IMG/VR virus record: IMGVR_UViG_3300035180_001778
Coordinates: 124,001 to 188,000 of that record
Reading direction: 5' to 3' (one strand)
DNA length: 64,000 nucleotides
Shown: one piece after another, positions 27,790 to 36,427 of the stretch
How the letters are laid out: the number at the start of each line of letters is the position of its first letter
Numbering within the stretch: the first letter of the stretch is position 1
Translations under genes and position numbers: made by a program
The notes under the pieces: model-generated
Told to the model about the DNA's origin: nothing
Seen by the model: the letters and a program-made list of their open reading frames with translations, nothing else
Databases searched by the model: none

Positions 27790-30700
27790 CACGCCCTCCG
27801 ATCGTACGAGGTGTCAACCCCGCCGGCTGTCATGAAGTAAGAAGCCATGTCCTCGAAGGGCGGGGGCCCATGATCCCCGAAGTCCCCCTCATCCTCAGCC
27901 GTCTTCGGAGTACCCACTTCCGCGGGCAGAGGAACGTCCTTCTCGACGTTCTCCCCCGGCTTGAGGCCTGCCTCGAAGACGAACCGTGAAGGTGCTTTGG
28001 CACAAACCACGGTGAGGTTCTTCGCGGCCCGGGTGAGAGCGACGTAGGCGAGATTCCGCTCCGCTTCGAGCTTCCTCAGCTCCTCTTCCGGATCCGGCGG
28101 GGGCTCATCCTTCTTGGGCTTCTTCTCGACCGGGAAGATACCCGCCGGCATGCACACGAAGACGTTCGGCCACTCGGCCCCCTTCACGCTGTGGACCGTG
28201 GAAAGGACCATGCACCGCGGACGCTCTTCCCGCTGCTCCGGCGGGAGCTTCTTCTGATCCAGAGCCCACTTCTTGAGGTCGACTCGAAGTGTCTTCGAGG
28301 CATCCGAGTAGCGCTCCAGCTTCTTGATGAAGCCCAGAGCCGTCGTCGGGTCGTGACCCAAGTCGTGGTCCTGCGCGTTCGGCTGTGCGATCTGGTAGAG
28401 GAACTGCACAGCTCCAAGCCCCTTGGCAGGGTTCTCCGGAGCGGGAGGTGCCGAAGGATCCCCAGGCTCTCCCTCCGTCTTGGGGAGCATGAGGTTGCCT
28501 TCGTCATCGACGACAGGCTTGACCGAGTCCGGCTCTTCCTCTTCCTCGGCGTCTTCGCTCCCATCCGAGTAGAGGGACATGTCATTCGAGATATGCTCTC
28601 GAAGAGTGACGGTCTTTCGGGTGTCCTCCCCCGTCCGGTTGTTGCGGTAGCCCGTCGTCGCCTTGACGTCGTCGAGGATGATCTTGAAAACATCCTCGAC
28701 GGGCATCGACGTGTCGTTGATGGTCTTCTTGAGCTTCGCGACCTGAGCCCCCATTTCGAGGAGGGTCTCCGTCATCTCGTCGACAGACTTCCGCCAGAGC
28801 CAATCCCCCGTGGCCATCAGCTTGTTCTTGTACGGCTGCTTGAGGGCTTCGGCGAGCTGGCGAGCGTAAACCCTCTTGGTGATCACCTCGAAGGGGTTGA
28901 GCGACTTCACGTCCATCCCGTCCCCACGAGCGATGTCCTGGAGAGCCTCCTTGACGATCTCGGCCACCTTGTCAGTCGAGAGGTAGAGACCACGATCCGG
29001 CTTCGTCAGGCTCGACGCCAACGAGAGCTGCATCTTCTCGAAGTTGGTCCCGCCCGCGAGGTCGAGGTAGCCAAGCACAGCCTTGGACTCAGGGGCTTCC
29101 AGGAAGCTCGACCCACCCACACGGGTGTACGGGATGCCCTCGATGATACAGGCCGTCTCGTAGTCGTTCAGCTCGTTGTTTGTACGAGCGAGAACAGCGT
29201 AGTCCTTCTCCTCGCTCGTCGGATTCGCACGAAGCTCCTTCGTGATCCGCTGAAGGGTATAGATGGCCCCAGAGGCGTTGTCCCCCGGCACCGTGACCTC
29301 GATCGAAGCTTCCTTGCGAGCCTTCTTCGGGTTCGCGCGAGCCTCCATCGGGATCTGGTTCGTGTTGTGGGCGACGAGCTTGTTGGCGCACTCGACGATC
29401 TCCGGAGCGCAACGGTAGTTCGTCTTGATCATCCGAGTCTTCCAGCCCTCCTTGCCGTTGAGGGCGGTGAAGAGATCCGGGCGAGCCCCGCGGAACTGGT
29501 AGATGGCCTGCTTGTCGTCACCGACCATCCAGAGGGACTTGCCGTCCTTGCCATCCGTGATGTGCTGAGACATCAGGTCGAAGACTTGGTGCTGAACCGT
29601 GTTGAGGTCCTGGCACTCGTCCACGAGGATGTGGTCGAACATGTTCTGAACCAAGGTGCGAGCCTTGGGGTCACGAACGAGGATGTCCCGGTAGACCTTG
29701 ACCATGTCGTCGAGATCCCCGAGTCGCTCCTTGCCCGGACGGAATGTGTCCATCCACTTGTCGGCGGTCTTGCTCTGCGAGCACGGCGGACGCCAGCCCG
29801 GGATGTCCCCCTTGAGACCCGAGCCGATGTGATACCAGATCGCCGCCTTGATCTCCTCTTTCGAGGTGGCATTGGCGAGCGCTTGCTCCGGAGAGACGTC
29901 GTTGCCCTTCCAGACGTTGATGAGCAAGCCAGCCTTCTTGGCGCTGGGAATGTCTTCCAACGCCTTCGGTTGGACCTTGTAGTAGGACGCCAGAGCCACA
30001 GGCCCACATTCCGTCCAGACACCCTTGATGGCCAGCGTGTGGTTGATGGGCTTCGGGCCACGCTTGAACTTCTGCCCCGGCTCCGGGTTGGCGATGAGCC
30101 GCTCCTCAGAGAAGAGCTTCTGCTCCTCTGGAGTACCGAAGGCCGGGATGTTGGACCCTCGATCGCCCACGATGAATCGCATGAAGAGCGAGTGCATCGT
30201 CCCCACGGACATCTGCTTCATCTCGTTCTCGCCGCACTTCTTGGCGATCTTGTCCCGCAGCTCGTTCGCCGCCTTCCGGTTGAACGAGCACGCCAGGATG
30301 CGGCCGGGCTTGACCCCGCGATCCTTGATGAGGTACTGAATTCGAGCGACCAGAGTCGTCGACTTCCCAGCCCCAGCTCCCGCGGCAATGAGAACCTTGC
30401 CGTCCGTGAGAGCTGCTCCCCGTTGCTCCGGGTCGAGGGAACGGAGGGGCTCCGGGACATTCTTCAGGTCTTCGGGGTCTGCCATGGCCGCTGCTACAGT
30501 TGCAGCCGCGATGCCAACAACCTGAGATTTCGTGACGGGAGCATCAGGCTCGTTTTTGGCGTCCAGAGACTTCAAGGCCGTCGCCTGAGCTTCCTCCTGA
30601 ACCCGCGAGATGATCTTGTCCTGGCGGTCTGTGGTGCCCTTCGTCTCCTCGGACGCAGGGTCGGCAGCTTCCGCCTTCATACGCTCGACGGCCAGCTCCT

Positions 30701-31301
30701 TGGACGCGTCGACCCGCCCGCCAGTTTGGCTAACCGCTGTCACAGGTGTCGGAGGAACCCCCGACCCTGCCAATTTGGCAGCCTCGTCGATCCAGTTCCG
30801 GATCCGGATGTTCTTGACGGGGATGACCGCGAACTTGTCGAGGGCGGCATCTGCATCGTCCACCATCGAGGCCGCGATAGCCGCTCGAACCTCTTGGAGG
30901 GCCTTGTTCGTGGAGAACACCGCCCGCATTGTCGAGGCACCACCCCGAGAGAGCAGGGTACGAATCTGGAGAGCCCGGCGAGCGGCCCCGTCCGGGGTCG
31001 GCCTCAGCCGAAGAGCCTTCTCCAGCATCTTCTTGTGGGTGTCCGACGGGAGGTTGGCTTTCATGAAGCCAGCGATGACCTCGCCGTGGAGCATGTCCGC
31101 CATTCGGAGCAGCTTCAGCCCGTTGGCCGTCATCTCGTCATGGGGGAGCCCAACCTCCTCCATGTACCGCATGTAGGTATCGAGGGCGAGAAGGAAGACC
31201 ACGTATTCGGCGATCTGGAGTTCGCCGAACGTCTTGTCGACCTCGACAACCTCTTCATCAGCGGCCTGACGACGGTCGTAGATCATCTGGGTGTCGTGCA
31301 T
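27789..31301 (-). CDS. UvrD/PcrA/Rep-family SF1 helicase with ~285-aa N-terminal extension
   Basis: Walker A AGAGAGKS, VDECQD, VGDDKQAIYQFRGA, NYRC, STVHSVKGAEW, ERNLAYVALTRA. Confidence 0.95.
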   Translation of the reverse strand: MHDTQMIYDRRQAADEEVVEVDKTFGELQIAEYVVFLLALDTYMRYMEEVGLPHDEMTANGLKLLRMADMLHGEVIAGFMKANLPSDTHKKMLEKALRLRPTPDGAARRALQIRTLLSRGGASTMRAVFSTNKALQEVRAAIAASMVDDADAALDKFAVIPVKNIRIRNWIDEAAKLAGSGVPPTPVTAVSQTGGRVDASKELAVERMKAEAADPASEETKGTTDRQDKIISRVQEEAQATALKSLDAKNEPDAPVTKSQVVGIAAATVAAAMADPEDLKNVPEPLRSLDPEQRGAALTDGKVLIAAGAGAGKSTTLVARIQYLIKDRGVKPGRILACSFNRKAANELRDKIAKKCGENEMKQMSVGTMHSLFMRFIVGDRGSNIPAFGTPEEQKLFSEERLIANPEPGQKFKRGPKPINHTLAIKGVWTECGPVALASYYKVQPKALEDIPSAKKAGLLINVWKGNDVSPEQALANATSKEEIKAAIWYHIGSGLKGDIPGWRPPCSQSKTADKWMDTFRPGKERLGDLDDMVKVYRDILVRDPKARTLVQNMFDHILVDECQDLNTVQHQVFDLMSQHITDGKDGKSLWMVGDDKQAIYQFRGARPDLFTALNGKEGWKTRMIKTNYRCAPEIVECANKLVAHNTNQIPMEARANPKKARKEASIEVTVPGDNASGAIYTLQRITKELRANPTSEEKDYAVLARTNNELNDYETACIIEGIPYTRVGGSSFLEAPESKAVLGYLDLAGGTNFEKMQLSLASSLTKPDRGLYLSTDKVAEIVKEALQDIARGDGMDVKSLNPFEVITKRVYARQLAEALKQPYKNKLMATGDWLWRKSVDEMTETLLEMGAQVAKLKKTINDTSMPVEDVFKIILDDVKATTGYRNNRTGEDTRKTVTLREHISNDMSLYSDGSEDAEEEEEPDSVKPVVDDEGNLMLPKTEGEPGDPSAPPAPENPAKGLGAVQFLYQIAQPNAQDHDLGHDPTTALGFIKKLERYSDASKTLRVDLKKWALDQKKLPPEQREERPRCMVLSTVHSVKGAEWPNVFVCMPAGIFPVEKKPKKDEPPPDPEEELRKLEAERNLAYVALTRAAKNLTVVCAKAPSRFVFEAGLKPGENVEKDVPLPAEVGTPKTAEDEGDFGDHGPPPFEDMASYFMTAGGVDTSYDRRA

Positions 31302-31329
31302 ACATCCTGCTCAGGGGATAGAAACTACA

Positions 31330-32172
31330 TCAAGGATCAGCTTGATGTACCAACCATGCGCCCTGGGTGGGAGCGCGATCTGTGAAGTTGGCGAGCCTCA
31401 AGAACTCACCCACGTTCTTTTCCAGGAGAAGCTTCTGTCCGAGCATCTGGTCGTAGATAGGCATCGACTCCTTCGAGATAATGCAATACCTCCGCGTGGG
31501 CTCCCCATTCTCAATGAGGTCCACGTTGTGGGCGTACCCCTTCCGAACCCGATAGATTCTACGGTCTTCCCCACGAACGTGGAATGCTCCCGTCGTCATC
31601 AACTCCTCTTGCTGGTCATCTGTGAGGAACTGCTCCAGGAGAACCCGAGATTTGGCGAGAGCTTCGGTCTCCTGTTGTCTCTCCAGCTCCAGAGCTTCGC
31701 GGTTGGCGATCCTCGCCGCGAACATGGCTCGAATCACAGGGTGCAAGCCCTCAAAGTTCTCCCCCCGAGGTTCCCTGCACACTTGGAGGATCAGGTCCTC
31801 AGCCCTCGCGCCATCAAGGGCATAGGCGTTTCGGCAGCTATTCCCAGGCAAAAAACCCAAACCGCAACAAGTCCACAACCCGAGAGGGGGCAAGTCGCAG
31901 ATAGTTCGGATTGAGAAAATAAGGCTCCCATCCACCCCCAAAGCATCAAGGGTGAGAAGCCAGTCAGGCAGAAGTCCGGCGAGATATCGCACGGTGAGGT
32001 CTACGCCGAGGGGAATGATGACGCGAGCTGTGTGGGCTCTTCGAGGCTCCCACCAAGATGTGGGAGGATCCGCTTCGTTGAAGTTGAGGGTGTGGTATCG
32101 CCCTCCAATCTCTGTGTCGTAGATCGGAATCTCACCATCCCCCAAGTGATGTATCAAGAGGGAGGTGATCAT
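31330..32172 (-). CDS. Hypothetical protein, candidate partner of the GG-ending protein
   Basis: Likely start MITSLL; C-terminal 'LLEQFLT..Q...G.FHVRG...YRV...YC...MP.YDQML.QKLLLE..F...AN' domain. Confidence 0.65.
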   Translation of the reverse strand: MITSLLIHHLGDGEIPIYDTEIGGRYHTLNFNEADPPTSWWEPRRAHTARVIIPLGVDLTVRYLAGLLPDWLLTLDALGVDGSLIFSIRTICDLPPLGLWTCCGLGFLPGNSCRNAYALDGARAEDLILQVCREPRGENFEGLHPVIRAMFAARIANREALELERQQETEALAKSRVLLEQFLTDDQQEELMTTGAFHVRGEDRRIYRVRKGYAHNVDLIENGEPTRRYCIISKESMPIYDQMLGQKLLLEKNVGEFLRLANFTDRAPTQGAWLVHQADP

Positions 32173-32173
32173 C

Positions 32174-32662
32174 TCACCCCCCGGTCGCGTGAGGGCACAC
32201 GCCCCCATTCAAATGGGACCCCAGGTTACAAGAATGACAAGCCACCCGGAAAATGGCAGGCCATCCTTGGCTCTTGGCCCAGTGGTGAACGTGGCCCCCA
32301 ATCTCCCGACGATGTTCGTTACCCTTCCCATGAAGGTGATCCAGACCCAAGAGCATTGTCACGTTCTCCCCACAGCAATAGCAAGCCGGATTTTCGCCTC
32401 CGTAGACGTGGAGAGCCTCCAGAAAAACCTCACGACGTCTACGGTTCGTGTTCTCTCGTTTTTGTTGGAGATGTGCCTCTCTATTTCGAGCCTGCCAATC
32501 AGAACCATCCGAGGGGCTGAAGGGTCCGATCGTCCCTTCACGCCTACCTTTCATGTAATTCTGGGCATAGTCCGAGTTTGCTTCTCGCCAATCCTTGCCA
32601 GCTTTGAGAAGCTGGTCTTTGTGTGCCTGGTAGTATGCCTGATTGTCAGCTCGTTTCGCCAT
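32174..32662 (-). CDS. HNH-type endonuclease
   Basis: Start MAKRAD; CYCCGE...LDHLHG.G..H...RVACHSCN. Confidence 0.8.
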   Translation of the reverse strand: MAKRADNQAYYQAHKDQLLKAGKDWREANSDYAQNYMKGRREGTIGPFSPSDGSDWQARNREAHLQQKRENTNRRRREVFLEALHVYGGENPACYCCGENVTMLLGLDHLHGKGNEHRREIGGHVHHWAKSQGWPAIFRVACHSCNLGSHLNGGVCPHATGG

Positions 32663-32688
32663 ACCCAGGCAGGCGTATCGATTCCTTA

Positions 32689-33042
32689 TTAACCCCCCGT
32701 CATCGGCGGAACAAGGAGAACCTGGGGAGCCGTGGCATCGAACTCCTTGATCTGCTCGCCCTCGGTCGCCGGAACCTCTTCGGCGTTCTTGGGCTTGACG
32801 AACCGCATCCGACCCGCGTCCGCGTCGAAGTTCTCCAGCTCTTCCCCCTTGCGGACCATCTTCTTCTCGTCCTTCGTGAAGCTCACGAGACGGAAGGCGA
32901 GGTAGCCCTTGCTTGTCAGGTCGACGAAGAGCGCCCGAGCGGTCTCGACCTCTTCCGGGTTGGTCGGGTCCCACGAATGCTTGGTGTCGCCCGCCTTGCC
33001 CATGATGGCAAATTGGTGCGTCGAGGTTGCGAGATCAGTCAT
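32689..33042 (-). CDS. Small protein ending in di-Gly (PPMTGG)
   Basis: GDTKHSWDP...ARALF..L..KGY.AF...EFD....LLVPPMTGG; GGTGTA-N10-ATG start. Confidence 0.75.
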   Translation of the reverse strand: MTDLATSTHQFAIMGKAGDTKHSWDPTNPEEVETARALFVDLTSKGYLAFRLVSFTKDEKKMVRKGEELENFDADAGRMRFVKPKNAEEVPATEGEQIKEFDATAPQVLLVPPMTGG

Positions 33043-33052
33043 GGTCTTCCCT

Positions 33053-33058
33053 TACACC
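33053..33058 (-). promoter_or_regulatory. GGTGTA promoter-like motif (representative copy)
   Basis: GGTGTA exactly 10 nt before ATG at 7 genes (starts 13042, 15997, 22151, 25192, 33042, 33560, 51687). Confidence 0.75.
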
Positions 33059-33062
33059 AAGA

Positions 33063-33560
33063 TCACTCGTAGCCCTCGATGACCCACTTCTGGTATTCCT
33101 TTTCCAACCAGGAATCCAGAGGCCCCGAGTGTCGGAAGAGATACTCCCTGTAGGTCGTCCCCGTCCGATAGTCCCGAGTCCCCGGCGGAGCCACTCGACC
33201 CGTTGCATCGTACTCGACGCCGACGTTGAAGAAGTCCGCCAGCTCTTCCTCGATGCGACCTTGAGCCCAGCGGGCAAAGGGACCGATCGGCCCATGGCGG
33301 AAAGCCACCCGGCTCGGCTGGAGTGCCACCACGAACCCCACAGCCTCATCCTGGCAGAAGAAGGGAAGCTTGCGAGTCTCTTCCGTGGAGACCGCTGTGC
33401 CCGGGAGGAAGACCATCCAGACGGGACCCCCATCCTCGAAGGACGTGAGGACGATTTTCCAGTCTGTATTCAACGTCCGAGCAACCGCAGCCGTGAGGGT
33501 TGCCTCGAAGGCCTCTTCAGTCAGCTCGCCAGGGAGGTCGATGTAGCCGTAGTTCGCCAT
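33063..33560 (-). CDS. Hypothetical protein
   Basis: 165 aa; GGTGTA-N10-ATG start. Confidence 0.7.
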   Translation of the reverse strand: MANYGYIDLPGELTEEAFEATLTAAVARTLNTDWKIVLTSFEDGGPVWMVFLPGTAVSTEETRKLPFFCQDEAVGFVVALQPSRVAFRHGPIGPFARWAQGRIEEELADFFNVGVEYDATGRVAPPGTRDYRTGTTYREYLFRHSGPLDSWLEKEYQKWVIEGYE

Positions 33561-33605
33561 TGAGGGATCTTACACCGACCCCAAAATCCCGCACCCCAAA
33601 TAGGC

Positions 33606-33639
33606 GAAGACCCCCAAGATAGCCTTCCGGGGGGTCCTC
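33606..33639 (-). terminator. Stem-loop, probable 3' end of the ncRNA
   Basis: GAGGACCCCCCGGA-aggcta-TCTTGGGGGTCTTC GC-rich hairpin; the U-tract is weak. Confidence 0.6.
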
Positions 33640-33690
33640 TAGTGCCGCTTTTTACACGACGTCACAGCGTTGGATCAGATTCAAGCTTAG

Positions 33691-33788
33691 ACACCACGTC
33701 CTACCGCTAGACCACCTCCCTGCGAGAAGCTCGACCCATGTACGAGCGCCTTGCAGGGAGGGCGGGATTTGAACCCGCGTTTTGGCGT
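33691..33788 (-). ncRNA. Permuted tRNA-like domain 2
   Basis: ACGCCA-AAAC-[GCGGGTTCAAATCCCGC]-CCTCCCTGC...GCAGGGAGG-TG-[GTCTAGCGGTAGGAC]-G-TGGTGT; 9-bp acceptor stem and 6-bp closing stem. Confidence 0.85.
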
Positions 33789-33854
33789 ATTGACCTGACC
33801 CTTAGATTGATGTCGTATCGGTTCTGCTGAGTCTGGAGTGAGAAGAAGAATCGT

Positions 33855-34001
33855 TTCCCCTCGCCTTTGCCTCTGCCGTCTGGGCTATCCCCCTACTCAA
33901 CCACCCAATGCGCTTTGCTAAACCCCAGTGAAGGAGCCCACACACTGACTGGCTGAATAGGGGGAGCAGGAATCGAACCTGCCCTTTTGGGGAGAGAGGG
34001 T
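33855..34001 (-). ncRNA. Permuted tRNA-like domain 1
   Basis: [GCAGGTTCGATTCCTGC]-TCCCCCTATTCAGCCA...TGGTTGAGTAGGGGGA-TA-[GCCCAGACGGCAGAGGC]; 16-bp extended acceptor stem. Confidence 0.85.
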
Positions 34002-34062
34002 TACTGAAGCTGACTCTTACTCTGAGACTGCACTCAAATCTTTAGTACACCATATCTCGACG

Positions 34063-34797
34063 CTAGGCGAAGAGATTGTGGAGAATCGTCGCCCCGATGT
34101 GGCGGTTCTCGACCTCGATGGTGTTGGCCTCCTCACGCGCGAACTTCACGGCGATCCGGAGCTTCGAGACGCGGTCCTTCAGCACGTTGACCCGAGTCGC
34201 CGTGAGGGCCCCCGAGCGCTTGACGACCGTGTACTGTCCGACCGCCTTGTCCTCGTGGAAAATCTCGGTCTGCGCCGGATGGTACTGGGTGGGCTCCGCC
34301 TTCGTGATGACGGTGGGCGTCTTCCGCGTCCGCTGCGTGATGGCCGGAGCCGTGGCGAAGCAGGCCTGGTTCTCGTCGTAGGTCCACGACTCGGCCGGGT
34401 CGAGCGTCGGGAGCGAGCCGATGAACGTGGTGAGGTCGTCGAGCTGGTGCTCCAGGAAGAGCAGCACGCCGACGGGGACATCCGCGAGGATGACCTTCCC
34501 ATCCACGACGATGTTCGCTCGCGCGATGGTGTTCCCCCACTCCTTCGTGGCCGTGATGTCGAAGGCCTCCGTGAGGACCTTCACCGTGTGCTCGATGGCA
34601 TCCGCGGCCTTGAGCTGGACGTGCTTCAGCTCCGGCGGGAGCCGCTCTTCCTGCGTGTCTGAGAAGGGCGCGTAGGTCCGCGAGAACCCTTCGAGCTGCG
34701 CCGGCTTCTTCAGCTCCTTGTGGTAGGTCTTCAGCTCGTCGTACGCCTTCGACTTGAGACCCTTTTCGACCGCGATGATCTGGCAAAGCTTGCCCAT
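34063..34797 (-). CDS. Conserved protein of unknown function (244 aa), adjacent to the tRNA-mimic RNA
   Basis: MGKLCQIIAVEKG...SRTY.P...LPPE...DVPV..LLFLE.QL...LPTLDP...HPAQ...SGA...AVKFAREEAN; recalled as a family seen in Actinobacteria and other bacteria; very GC3-rich. Confidence 0.85.
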   Translation of the reverse strand: MGKLCQIIAVEKGLKSKAYDELKTYHKELKKPAQLEGFSRTYAPFSDTQEERLPPELKHVQLKAADAIEHTVKVLTEAFDITATKEWGNTIARANIVVDGKVILADVPVGVLLFLEHQLDDLTTFIGSLPTLDPAESWTYDENQACFATAPAITQRTRKTPTVITKAEPTQYHPAQTEIFHEDKAVGQYTVVKRSGALTATRVNVLKDRVSKLRIAVKFAREEANTIEVENRHIGATILHNLFA

Positions 34798-34936
34798 GAT
34801 GAAAACCTCTTCTGATTCGATTTGCTGATGCTGATGACCCGAGCCCTCTACACCACGTCCCCGACGTAGCATCGATTTTATGGAGAGGTTGATCGGGGCC
34901 CCCTCTTGGGTGTAGGCTTTTCACGAGGCACACCCC

Positions 34937-35179
34937 ATGATCAAACCCAACGCCAAAGAAGTCGCTCGCGCCGATGGAGGCTTCGCTTGCGTCAGCCGTC
35001 CTGCGGCTGGCGGGGGCTTCAACGTCGCGGTTGTCCACCTGGACGGCACCCCCGTCTTCAAGATCCAGCACGTCGAGACCAAGGACCAGATCGGCAAGGC
35101 CATCGCCTGCGACCTGCGCATGATCGACAAGTGCGGCTTCAACTGCCCCATGGCCGATGCTTCGAGGCATCGCCGATGA
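34937..35179 (+). CDS. Hypothetical protein
   Basis: 80 aa, GAGG RBS, divergent from 34797. Confidence 0.65.
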   Translation: MIKPNAKEVARADGGFACVSRPAAGGGFNVAVVHLDGTPVFKIQHVETKDQIGKAIACDLRMIDKCGFNCPMADASRHRR

Positions 35180-35433
35180 GCATTCCTGTCTCTCCTCGAA
35201 AGGGGATCGGTGGACGTCGACACAGACGCCGCCGATCCCCTCGTCCTGTTCCTGGATTCCGGGCCCTTTGCGCCCGGGAGCACGCCATGATCAACAACGG
35301 GCTCAGGTTCGACCACCACCGACGCCTGAGACTGTCCGAACAAATAGCAGCCTCGATGGGGTTGAAGCCGCTCCCTCCGCTCACCCCCGAGGGCCTGGAG
35401 TTCTTGAAGCAATTCCTGAAGAAGAAGCTCTGA
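35176..35433 (+). CDS. Small basic protein
   Basis: ATGA overlap with the previous gene; Arg-rich. Confidence 0.5.
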   Translation: MSIPVSPRKGIGGRRHRRRRSPRPVPGFRALCAREHAMINNGLRFDHHRRLRLSEQIAASMGLKPLPPLTPEGLEFLKQFLKKKL

Positions 35434-35435
35434 CC

Positions 35436-35729
35436 ATGTCGATGATCCTCCACTGCTTCGTCAAGGTCGGCTCCCTCACTGTGTGGGAAGTCGGCCTTGT
35501 GCATACCCCCAGCACCGTCACGTATGAGCTTCTCGGCTACCCTGGACGCCCGTGGCAGGACATCGCCAAGGACTACCTCGCGTGGGTGGCCGACCAGGCG
35601 GCTCAGATGAAGAGACGCGACCCCAGTTGGGATGCGAAGGAGTGGGTGAAGGGCGAGCGTCGGAGATTGGGACAGGCTTGGAGGATGGCTCAAGAACGAG
35701 ACGGTCGTCTCGAATTCTACGCCATGTGA
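35436..35729 (+). CDS. Hypothetical protein
   Basis: MSMILHCFVKVGSLTVWEVGLVHTPSTVTY... Confidence 0.6.
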   Translation: MSMILHCFVKVGSLTVWEVGLVHTPSTVTYELLGYPGRPWQDIAKDYLAWVADQAAQMKRRDPSWDAKEWVKGERRRLGQAWRMAQERDGRLEFYAM

Positions 35730-35735
35730 GATCGC

Positions 35736-36368
35736 TCAGTGCAGATGGGTCGCGACCTCACCCCACTGCTTGAGGTCATCCGTCATCCGACCGACGTCTT
35801 CCTCAGTGTTGACGACCTTCTCCCCATTCATCGTCATGAAACGCTTCCCCGAGATCATCTCTTCGAGGTGATGAAGCTTGGCCTTCGTCCACCTCTTGAG
35901 GATCGACAGGTCTGCTTGGGGGTATTTCTTGACGAAGTCGAGAGCTTCGTTCGCCCCCGAGTATTCGGTGAGAGCGTCCGAGTGGACGTGTTGCTTCTCG
36001 TCCAGGAACAGGGCTTCGGCAATCGCCGAGTACGTTGAAGCCTTTGGGGCATTCCAGCGCTGCGTCTTGGGGTTCATCGTCTGGCTCACGAATCGAAACC
36101 CCTTGCCCGGCTTCATCTCGATCCAGTATCGGATTTTGGTCCGAAGCTTGAACCCGTACGGGTAGTCGTCCACCACGTAGGCGGTCGCTTCGCTGTCGTG
36201 CCCGTAGAGAGGGGTGTGGCTCGCGACGAGCACTCGACCAGCCACGCGGTTTGCGAGGGCTGCGAGTCGAGCTGCCATGACTTCGCGAGAAGGGCCCGCG
36301 GAGTGTGCATAGTCGAGGAGACCTTGCACTGCGGCGATGAACTGTCGGGGGGAAGCGATCTTATACAT
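35736..36368 (-). CDS. Hypothetical protein with virion-type N-terminal tag
   Basis: KIASP...LANRVAGRV leader, then AYVVDDYPYGFKLR...W...K.STY domain. Confidence 0.75.
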   Translation of the reverse strand: MYKIASPRQFIAAVQGLLDYAHSAGPSREVMAARLAALANRVAGRVLVASHTPLYGHDSEATAYVVDDYPYGFKLRTKIRYWIEMKPGKGFRFVSQTMNPKTQRWNAPKASTYSAIAEALFLDEKQHVHSDALTEYSGANEALDFVKKYPQADLSILKRWTKAKLHHLEEMISGKRFMTMNGEKVVNTEEDVGRMTDDLKQWGEVATHLH

Positions 36369-36427
36369 TCTTGCCTCAGATACGGGCAGGAATAGAAACT
36401 ACACCGAGGGGGAGGGAGTACCTCGGC

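Larger units (their letters stand above)
33600..34035 (-). ncRNA. Putative ~430-nt structured ncRNA with two permuted tRNA-mimic domains (YrlA/Y-RNA-like topology)
   Basis: ORF-free 500-bp gap; two GGTTCRANTCC T-loops each followed by a closed acceptor stem and then a D-arm; GGTGTA motif at 34046-34051 upstream and hairpin downstream. Confidence 0.8.

Noticed and set aside
28191-31385. 1064-aa plus-strand ORF
   Set aside because: Antisense shadow of the helicase caused by GC3-rich codon usage; no motifs
33691-34001. Two canonical tRNA genes, or one intron-split tRNA
   Set aside because: In each unit the T-arm precedes the D-arm and the acceptor stem is closed internally. Joining the D-half of unit 1 to the T-half of unit 2 gives a poorer acceptor stem than the within-unit pairing, with no anticodon loop or CCA.
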